A program made the position numbers and the translations under genes. From a virus, in the IMG/VR virus record IMGVR_UViG_3300027644_000003, positions 35,470 to 99,469 of that record: a DNA stretch of 64,000 bases. One strand, 5' to 3'. This document shows, piece after piece, positions 1 through 7,623 of this stretch; position 1 is the stretch's first letter, and every line of letters begins with the position of its first letter. The notes under the pieces are model-generated. The model ran no database searches. It worked only from the letters and a program-made list of their open reading frames with translations, and was not told the origin of the DNA.

Positions 1-1134
1 AAACCATTGAATTTTTGCTACTGCACTAAACGTAGTTGTTATAGCTCTGATAAATCCTTTAAACATATACCTAGAGTTAGCTTTTACTGGAATCCCATAC
101 AGTACTGCGCTAGAGGTAGCTGAAGGACAGCGCAAAGTAATATCGCTGGTGCTTGTAGCGGTTACTACCCCTAAAGAAATTTGACGTAGCGGGTAGTCTC
201 TATTAAATAGAACAGGTGTTGGAGGAGTTAACCCAACTCCCAAAGTAGATAGGGTGTTTGCGTAGGTACATACTGCAACAGTTCCGTTAGTTGCTGCCCA
301 ACGCCCAACAGATTCTTCAAATGAAGAATCGTTATAGTCTAAAAATAAGTTGTTTCCATATGAAATTCCGCTATCCCAGTGGGTTAAGGCGGTGGTGTAA
401 GTTGTTATACCTGCACTAGTTCCTTTAGCAGAGTTTACAAAGTTTCCAGTTTTATACAAAGATCTGTGGTAAGTGTCGCCAAGAGCAGGCTCATAAATAA
501 ACCCTAGATCAGTAATTTTATTCTTTAATAGATTAGAGGGAATTTTATACGCGTCAAAAGAGTTATATAAGAGCTCAGCTTGAGCTTTTATCTTGTCATA
601 CTCGAAACCGTAAGCATCAAGAACTTCGGTTAATTCATTTTCGTCGTACTCACCAGTTGCATCTCCAATGCCTGCAACTTGATTTAGCCAAGCTGCTGGA
701 AGCCAATTTTTAAAGTATCTTTGAGTTCTGTTTTGAATAATTGTGTTTACTTTAGAGGTTCCACAATTAATCCAACCACTTAAAGTACTAAAAATCCAAA
801 GAGTGTAGGTAACTTCTCTATTTGCTTGAGAAAGATCAGAGGCAGTATCTATGTAACTTGTTAAGTAAGCTCCAGTACTGCCTGATTCAATGACTTCTCC
901 TGAATAAGCCCCATCTGGAGTACCAGTAAAAGTTTTTGTTAGGCGCCAATGAGTAAGGGTTTCTCCTAAAGCAATAGATGCAGGGTTTGCGGTAACTGCT
1001 TTCCAACGAAGAGAGATTACGCCATAATCGTACGCCCAAGCAGTAATTTGGGAAGAGTAATAGAGACGATCAGCATCGCTCTGTCCGTATTTAAAACTGG
1101 GATCGCCATAAATCCCAAATGCATATTTTGCCAT
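1..1134 (-). CDS. Baseplate wedge / tail protein I-like, 3' end outside window
   Basis: Manual translation from ATG at 1134 (MAKYAFGIYGDP...YLKNWLPAAW...AYGFEYD...SAKGTSAGI) stays open to base 1; lies downstream of baseplate J. Confidence 0.7.
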   Translation of the reverse strand, partial: MAKYAFGIYGDPSFKYGQSDADRLYYSSQITAWAYDYGVISLRWKAVTANPASIALGETLTHWRLTKTFTGTPDGAYSGEVIESGSTGAYLTSYIDTASDLSQANREVTYTLWIFSTLSGWINCGTSKVNTIIQNRTQRYFKNWLPAAWLNQVAGIGDATGEYDENELTEVLDAYGFEYDKIKAQAELLYNSFDAYKIPSNLLKNKITDLGFIYEPALGDTYHRSLYKTGNFVNSAKGTSAGITTYTTALTHWDSGISYGNNLFLDYNDSSFEESVGRWAATNGTVAVCTYANTLSTLGVGLTPPTPVLFNRDYPLRQISLGVVTATSTSDITLRCPSATSSAVLYGIPVKANSRYMFKGFIRAITTTFSAVAKIQWF

Positions 1135-1151
1135 ATTTTGCCCCTGTTAAG

Positions 1152-1673
1152 TTACATGCCAGCTAGTAAGAATGGATTAAATCTGTTTCCTTTTGCGATT
1201 GTTTCAATAGCTGTTAAAACTGTGGTTAAAGAAGTGTAGGCGGCGCCCCCAACGTATAGGACTTCTGAGGTACCTACTTTTGGTAGTCCATCAAAATCTA
1301 CATTAAATCGAAGAGTGTTTGCGGCATTTCTTGTTTCTACAAGGTTTGTTGTTCCGGCAGTTGTTTTAGCAGTAAGGCCAACTATGCCAGAAGCAGGAGA
1401 AATAACATCTCCAGATTTTTTAAAATAAGGCGCAGCAGCTACTCCAGTAACTAGGCCAGCTTCAATGTTAGCTAGTCGAAGAGACAGAGATGCCCAAGTA
1501 CCTGTTTGAACAAAAGTACCTAAATAGCTAGAAGATAGAAGAGTGGTACCTAGAGAGACTTCTAGAGCACGTGTTTCGTCTTGAAGGACGTTTACGTGGT
1601 CAGCAAATACTGTATCTACAAGGTCTACCTTTGGGGTAAAAGACCGAATCGACGAAGGATACTGTGCAGCCAT
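1152..1673 (-). CDS. Tail/baseplate structural protein
   Basis: 173 aa ORF; N-terminus YPSSIRSF...ADHVNVLQDE is typical of fibre-attachment proteins. Confidence 0.55.
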   Translation of the reverse strand: MAAQYPSSIRSFTPKVDLVDTVFADHVNVLQDETRALEVSLGTTLLSSSYLGTFVQTGTWASLSLRLANIEAGLVTGVAAAPYFKKSGDVISPASGIVGLTAKTTAGTTNLVETRNAANTLRFNVDFDGLPKVGTSEVLYVGGAAYTSLTTVLTAIETIAKGNRFNPFLLAGM

Positions 1674-1725
1674 TTCTCACCTATTCTATTCTCTTGGGTT
1701 ATTCTCTAAGACTTTAGATCTGCTG

Positions 1726-3282
1726 TCATGACAAACCGCCAGTTACGTTAATAATTAAGTTTGCAGTCTGCAATACTGGTATTTGACCACTAGTTAATTG
1801 GACACCTGCTGTAGAAGCTGAGCTTGAGTTGTCAGTGTTTAACTTAGCAATTACTAAAGATGCAACACCTTCTACACCCGCAGCTTTAGCCATAACTGCT
1901 GAATAAGCAACAAGTTGTCCAAATCCAACACTTTCGTAAGCAAACAAACCACCTGGGTTTAAAAACACGTCTCTAATGTCTTGTTCAATGTCTACGTTGT
2001 TATACGATGGGTTTGCGGTAACTGTTAAAGTTACGTAAAAATCTACATATGAAGGTGGTTGAACCGTGACAGTAGTTCCTACAGGTATTTTGTCAACTAA
2101 GTACGTTGATACGGCAGTTGATACGTCAGTCCAATTTAATGTAGGAGAGCCGCTAACAATTCCAGGAGTTACTGAGTCATCATTCTGACTTTGTAAATAA
2201 AGGGTTACGGCGCTATACACCGCGGCCACAGCTTTTGTTCTTCCAACTCCAGGCACTTGCGAAGCTAGTGCAGAGTAGTCAGCAGTAGTTACAGCCCTAC
2301 GACGAGTAGTAATGGCGTTTTTAACTTTTGAACGTATTTGGTCATTGTCGTCTCCGTCTGCTCCACCAAAAGCAGCTGAAGGGTTAGAAACAGCTAAGTA
2401 CCCAATTGCTTCGGGAACAATGTTTCCAGGAATAAAAGTAACTTCTTCAACAGTTCCTGAGTTTAGGTTTCCAGCTGCGCCAGCACTAATTCTATACAAA
2501 GCACTAATTACTTGGTTTGCTGGTGGTATAGCTCCATTAATCCCATCACCAAACTCTAAAGAAACATTTCCGTCTTCATCTACGTTTGTTGTAAAAACTA
2601 GTTGATTTGGTCCAGCTTCAGTCAAAGAGTCCACATAATTCCATGGAGTAAACGCAACCCCTTGTCCAACATAAACAACGACTGATTTATCAACAATGTT
2701 AACATCAATTAAATCTATAATTTGTTGAGCTGTTCCATCAGAAACGCCTAGGTTTACAGGCAACGGCTTATTTGTAGTTGGGCTAATTAAGTCAGGACGA
2801 TCTGTGTTAACTGTTTTTCCTTCTTGACAGGCTAGAGTTACAGTATCTCCGGCAGCTAACTGTGTAGCACTTTGAGTAGTTTCAAAGTAAACTTCTGTAA
2901 AATCTCCGTAAAGCAAGGTTGCAAGCACTTGTGTTCCTACAGGAATATCAATTGCTTCATCACTAATATTTTCAAATACTACGTTTAGGCGAGCAGGGGT
3001 AGGTCCAGAAACCCTGTACCCATACAATTTACCAAGATCAATTAGGGTTTTTCTACGGGCAGCGGTATCTACGGTAAGCTCATTTGCTACTCGATCGATG
3101 TAATAAGACATGATGTCGCCCATATAAGCAAAAGACTCTAGAAGAGTTGTACCTAGGTCGCTTGGGTCATCAGCAGCCCAAGCGTAGTTCGTTCTAACAT
3201 TTACTAGGCTTGTTAGGTCTTCTAACAGAGCTTGATAGTCTCTAGACGTATAGTCTATTTGTGAGGGTACTTCATTAGCCAT
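1726..3282 (-). CDS. Baseplate J-like wedge protein
   Basis: IDYTSRDY, RRAVTTADY and LEFGDGING motifs. Confidence 0.92.
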   Translation of the reverse strand: MANEVPSQIDYTSRDYQALLEDLTSLVNVRTNYAWAADDPSDLGTTLLESFAYMGDIMSYYIDRVANELTVDTAARRKTLIDLGKLYGYRVSGPTPARLNVVFENISDEAIDIPVGTQVLATLLYGDFTEVYFETTQSATQLAAGDTVTLACQEGKTVNTDRPDLISPTTNKPLPVNLGVSDGTAQQIIDLIDVNIVDKSVVVYVGQGVAFTPWNYVDSLTEAGPNQLVFTTNVDEDGNVSLEFGDGINGAIPPANQVISALYRISAGAAGNLNSGTVEEVTFIPGNIVPEAIGYLAVSNPSAAFGGADGDDNDQIRSKVKNAITTRRRAVTTADYSALASQVPGVGRTKAVAAVYSAVTLYLQSQNDDSVTPGIVSGSPTLNWTDVSTAVSTYLVDKIPVGTTVTVQPPSYVDFYVTLTVTANPSYNNVDIEQDIRDVFLNPGGLFAYESVGFGQLVAYSAVMAKAAGVEGVASLVIAKLNTDNSSSASTAGVQLTSGQIPVLQTANLIINVTGGLS

Positions 3283-3288
3283 TTTTCA

Positions 3289-3693
3289 TCACCTCGTGGT
3301 AGTCGCGTCTGGATTTAAAGTAGTGCTTACAATAGTAATACTGTCTTCAATAAAGTCAGGTAAAGTTACGTTAAGTTCTACTGTAACTGCACCGGTATCT
3401 AAAAACCCAATTATGTTAATATTATTAACAGTTAGGTTTGGGATCCATTTAGAAATTGCTGAACGAATTGCATCATTAATTGCTTTTTCAACATTTCCTT
3501 GGTTTTCAAACATAGCTATTGCAACATTTGTGCCATAACTAGGGCGCATAGGTCGTTCACCTACAGCGGTAGACAGTAAGGTTAGAACTTTATCTTGATA
3601 AATTTTTCTTTGATCAGTTGTACTGGTTGTTTTACCAAATGGATCTAAGGTAAAAGGAAAAGAGATTGCTTTCATCCTTGTACTCCTATCCAT
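3289..3693 (-). CDS. gp25/GPW-like baseplate protein
   Basis: LLSTAVGERPMRPSYG motif; true start may be the second Met (MKAISFPF). Confidence 0.9.
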   Translation of the reverse strand: MDRSTRMKAISFPFTLDPFGKTTSTTDQRKIYQDKVLTLLSTAVGERPMRPSYGTNVAIAMFENQGNVEKAINDAIRSAISKWIPNLTVNNINIIGFLDTGAVTVELNVTLPDFIEDSITIVSTTLNPDATTTR

Positions 3694-4199
3694 ACTGGCT
3701 CTTCAAGTAATCCCGCAACAAACATAATCCACACGCGTTGGCCTTTATTTGGCACATACCGGTGTGGCGTGTGTTCGTCCGTGTCGGTCGCGTCGTTAAA
3801 CATTGCTGTTTTAGCGTCTGAACCATTCCACTTTTTTATGGCGTTTACCACAATTTTATGGGGGTGTTTAAGGGTACCAGCACCCCCTTTTGCCACAACG
3901 GTTAACGCCGGAATAGTCTCAGTATCGCCTCTAGAGTCAGTTACCGAGATAGAGGTAGTAGTTAAGAGTGCAGCAATTTGAGCAGCCGTATGCTCTTGAT
4001 GGTCAGGGTGGTTTGCGTTATAGGTAATAGGCAAGACGGCTCTAGCCCAATCAGTAACCTCTTGACCGGTAACTGTAACTTGAACTTTGATTCTTCCCTT
4101 TTTTAGTGGGTCGTTAATTTCTTTAACTGTGCCCTCGTAGATCCCAAAAAATCTTGTTCTTCCTTGAGGATCCTGCATGTAGTCAGCGTCGGTAATCAT
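3672..4199 (-). CDS. Baseplate spike protein V / gp5 OB-fold
   Basis: GIYEGTV..DPLKKGRIKV and VPNKGQRVWIMF..G....PVWIG motifs. Confidence 0.88.
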   Translation of the reverse strand: MITDADYMQDPQGRTRFFGIYEGTVKEINDPLKKGRIKVQVTVTGQEVTDWARAVLPITYNANHPDHQEHTAAQIAALLTTTSISVTDSRGDTETIPALTVVAKGGAGTLKHPHKIVVNAIKKWNGSDAKTAMFNDATDTDEHTPHRYVPNKGQRVWIMFVAGLLEEPVWIGVQG

Positions 4200-4786
4200 T
4201 TAGCCTTCCAAGTCACTTGTCTAGTTACTTGTGAAAAATCGGGTACTTCATTTTTGTATATATTAGGGGAATAGGAGGTAGCAAGAGTTCTGGCATTAGC
4301 GCCTGGAATATTCTTAACTGACTTGGTTTTTTTTACCCCAAGGCTAGTCTTTCCATTGTTTACCCCAATAGGGTAGCTGTTTAATTTAGATCCTTTTGGC
4401 TTCAAAGACTGCTTTGATAACTCAGCTTCAAAATCTCTTTTTCCTGGTTTTTTTCCAACAGAAGGGTCAGCTCCACCCAAGGAGTCAGTTCCAACTAATA
4501 CTTCCATTTGATAAGTATAGCTTCCTCCGCCAAATAAATGAGTCACTGCCAGTACGGTCCAATACCCAGACATATTTTGATCTAGGTTGTCTAAGTAAAT
4601 AGACTCCCCAACGTTTACGTTGGCATCTCCCATCAAAATGGCAACGCCTCGGTAGTTATATCTATTGGCTTCTGCCAAGTCCTGAGCAATAAATTTTGCG
4701 TCTGATACGGTCTTAGCTACTTCAAAAGGCAAATGCTTTACAAATTTTGCTTTTTGTGAGGTTTTACTGTGAGGGCTATTTGTCAT
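4196..4786 (-). CDS. Baseplate hub (late control D-like), C-terminal part
   Basis: GD..V.VGESIYL....NMSGYWTV..VTH motif; ATGA overlap with upstream ORF. Confidence 0.7.
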   Translation of the reverse strand: MTNSPHSKTSQKAKFVKHLPFEVAKTVSDAKFIAQDLAEANRYNYRGVAILMGDANVNVGESIYLDNLDQNMSGYWTVLAVTHLFGGGSYTYQMEVLVGTDSLGGADPSVGKKPGKRDFEAELSKQSLKPKGSKLNSYPIGVNNGKTSLGVKKTKSVKNIPGANARTLATSYSPNIYKNEVPDFSQVTRQVTWKAK

Positions 4787-5616
4787 TTCTTTAAAAATTT
4801 CTTATTAGGGGTTACAACGCCTTTAGTCTTCTTTTTAGCAGGTTGAATTTTATGCTTAGTTGCAATAGTCTTATTGTTAGTTGAGTGTAAGCCGCCCACT
4901 ACCCTATCTACAGTAGCTCCAGCCATATCTGGGGCTTCATCAGATATTTCAGGAGTAAACTCTACAATCGTTCCCATAGAGGCAATAGTACGAACATTAG
5001 CTGCGTTTTCTTTAAAAAAGTAAGGTGCTCTAGCAGCACTAGCTGAGCTTAGTTTGTCTTTTGACATAAAATAGACAGTAGTACCAGTAATTTTTAATCC
5101 AAAGCCAGTTTGTTTAGCTAATCTTCTTAATAATTGCCAATCACTTTGCCCAGCTTGAGAAATACTTGCAAATACTCTTGGATGACGTTGAGTAACTGCT
5201 TTTAGTCCGTATTGCTTACAGACTTTTTCAACAATTTGATCTGCAGTTACTTTTTTGTAGATCTTTTGACGAGTTGTTTTTAAAAGATAAGTTGCAGAAA
5301 TACATACGATTGTCGTGGTATTTTCAGCTACAGTAGAGGGAATTATTTTGTGTACGTAACCTACCCAAGTTTTTGTAGACCCTGCCCCAGAGTAATCAAA
5401 CTTGACTGGATCTCCTGAACCAACAAAATTTAAAGTTTCTTCTATTTTTCCGGCGTATTTTATAGTAAGAACGTCATGAGAGTTAAATTGTTGGTCTAAT
5501 CTAGCTGTTAAAAAAACTAAACCAAAAGAAGGGCTTAAAGGAAAAGTCACGTTTCTAGTAGGAAAACGCTCTAAAGGCGTTTTAACTAAGTTTTTTTTAG
5601 ACAGAGCTGTAGCCAC
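4783..5616 (-). CDS. Baseplate hub (late control D / gp27-like), N-terminal part
   Basis: TADQIVEKVCKQYGL...QAGQSDWQLLRRLA motif. Confidence 0.82.
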   Translation of the reverse strand: MATALSKKNLVKTPLERFPTRNVTFPLSPSFGLVFLTARLDQQFNSHDVLTIKYAGKIEETLNFVGSGDPVKFDYSGAGSTKTWVGYVHKIIPSTVAENTTTIVCISATYLLKTTRQKIYKKVTADQIVEKVCKQYGLKAVTQRHPRVFASISQAGQSDWQLLRRLAKQTGFGLKITGTTVYFMSKDKLSSASAARAPYFFKENAANVRTIASMGTIVEFTPEISDEAPDMAGATVDRVVGGLHSTNNKTIATKHKIQPAKKKTKGVVTPNKKFLKK

Positions 5617-5617
5617 G

Positions 5618-5899
5618 TTATCCCCTAGGAACTCTAATAATAGTTCCAGGCTCTATTTCTAAAGCATCTGGAAGACCTGGATTTATGTCTAGTATCTGCC
5701 ACCACAGAGTAGAGTCTCTTAAGTAAACTGCAGCTAAATAATCTAACCTATCTCCATCTACCCAAGTGTAATCAATATATGTAATTACTCTAGATTCTGG
5801 AAATGCTCTATATACCGTCCAAGCGTAAGCCCCGGTGGTTTTGTTCTTTATTTGCTGGGCATCCCCATCGTCGTAACGAGAGTCTCTATATACGGCCAT
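5618..5899 (-). CDS. LysM / tail X-like baseplate protein
   Basis: GDRLDYLA......LWWQILDINP....IEPGTIIRVP. Confidence 0.88.
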   Translation of the reverse strand: MAVYRDSRYDDGDAQQIKNKTTGAYAWTVYRAFPESRVITYIDYTWVDGDRLDYLAAVYLRDSTLWWQILDINPGLPDALEIEPGTIIRVPRG

Positions 5900-7623
5900 T
5901 ACCTATCCCTCCCAGCCATTCCAAAATTAGTTAAAACCCCTTGGCTAGTAAGAACAGTACTAATTTTATTAATGCTTTCAGCTTGCTTAAATTTGCTGAA
6001 TTGTCCACTTACAAGATCTGGAAGACGTTGTAACCCTATTTGAACTACCGTTCTGATAGGAATCATATCTCTAGTAAACATACTATGTTCTATATTAATG
6101 CTTTCTAGGATTACCTTATATCGTTGTCTTTCAGAAATTTTAAATATAAATGGTATCTGAGTCATGTAGCCCATGTTTGCACTGAGTAGTTCTAACCCAT
6201 CTTTAGGAGATTCACCCATTAAAATTACTTTTTGAGGGTTTCCGTTTACTACTCTGTATAGGTATTCAAGATCATATTCAGTTCCACGGTGTAATATGCC
6301 CGCGCATTGCTCGGCATCCATTGTAACTGGGTAGGCTGCTTGCGTTAGTGAGCCTCCGCCGTTTTTCTTCCACTGTTTCATAGTAGCCATATCAGCTACC
6401 CTATCTAATAGGATATTTACGCTAATAGTTCCACCAATACCGTCAGCTACTAGTACAGCTCCGTTTTCATTTGGACGCGTCCAATCAACTTTGTTGTTTG
6501 AACTCATGTTAATGCTTATGTAACTTGGGTTGAACAAAAATCTAAATCCCCAAAGTTTGTCTAAATTAGCTGCATTACTAGTAGCAAACTCAGCTTGTTT
6601 TTTATCTGGCAAATCAAGTATTTCTGGGTCTACGTAAAAAGATGCTAGTTGATCGTATTTATTTGCATTTTCGTACTCAATAAAATCGTCTCTACTATCT
6701 ACTCTTGCAGAAAAATGTCGAGTAGATAGGTGTGGGTAGGGGTTAAAGTTTTGAGCTTTTTTTACAGAAGGTGGTGTAGGTCCAGGACCAGGACCAGGGT
6801 TATTTCCTCCCCCACCGCTATTACCAAGGGCACAGTTTTTAGCTGCGGATAGCAAAGCTTTAGCTTTTTGCCAACCGCTTCCTTTTTTAGTAAAGTCGTA
6901 ATTAAATTCTCTTTTATTATTTAATTTATCTTCTCGTATAAAGTTACCAAGTTCATTGTAGTACTTAACAGTAACTGTTACTTCCCACTTAGGGCCTAAA
7001 TTCTTTTTTGTTTCGTCTGCATTTCGGTTTACTTGTACGGCGTTGTGCAACCACATACGGGCCCACTCTCGTTTACAAGAATTCCACTCATACTGAGGTT
7101 CTTGACCAAAACTAAGTCCGCCGTCTGTACGGCTTACGCTATCAGGTACTCCTGGAGGAGTAGCTTTTTTGCTAAAAATAGCTGAGGGAATAGTTGAACT
7201 TGTTTGAATTTTTACATCTGCCCATATACCGTTAACTTGAACTTGAGCGGTAAATTTAGGTGAGGCAGTTCCATTTGTACCTTTAGGGGTTAAAGTAAAA
7301 TCGTAGTACTTATCTTGAATTGTTCTAATGCCGTCTACATCAGCAAATGCTTTTACTGTTTCTTTAAAAGTAGCAAACGGCCCTGTTCCAAGAACCCTAG
7401 ATTTTACAGTGCCGTCACCAGATATGGCTACTCCACCATCTGGGATAACAGTAGTGTTTTTATATATAGTTATTCTGTAAATAACTCTAGAGTCAATCAT
7501 TACTGTTTTACTTTTGGTAAACCTTACCCCATAAATGGATGGAGCAGTATCTTGATCGGTGCTGTACTTATTAATTTCGTAAGCTTCGACGGTGTAAAAA
7601 TACCCGGAAGGTGCGTCTGGCAT
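5899..7623 (-). CDS. Tail tube initiator-like baseplate protein
   Basis: GFRFLFNP and HSMFTRDMIPIRTVV motifs; sits between tape measure and LysM gene. Confidence 0.65.
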   Translation of the reverse strand: MPDAPSGYFYTVEAYEINKYSTDQDTAPSIYGVRFTKSKTVMIDSRVIYRITIYKNTTVIPDGGVAISGDGTVKSRVLGTGPFATFKETVKAFADVDGIRTIQDKYYDFTLTPKGTNGTASPKFTAQVQVNGIWADVKIQTSSTIPSAIFSKKATPPGVPDSVSRTDGGLSFGQEPQYEWNSCKREWARMWLHNAVQVNRNADETKKNLGPKWEVTVTVKYYNELGNFIREDKLNNKREFNYDFTKKGSGWQKAKALLSAAKNCALGNSGGGGNNPGPGPGPTPPSVKKAQNFNPYPHLSTRHFSARVDSRDDFIEYENANKYDQLASFYVDPEILDLPDKKQAEFATSNAANLDKLWGFRFLFNPSYISINMSSNNKVDWTRPNENGAVLVADGIGGTISVNILLDRVADMATMKQWKKNGGGSLTQAAYPVTMDAEQCAGILHRGTEYDLEYLYRVVNGNPQKVILMGESPKDGLELLSANMGYMTQIPFIFKISERQRYKVILESINIEHSMFTRDMIPIRTVVQIGLQRLPDLVSGQFSKFKQAESINKISTVLTSQGVLTNFGMAGRDR

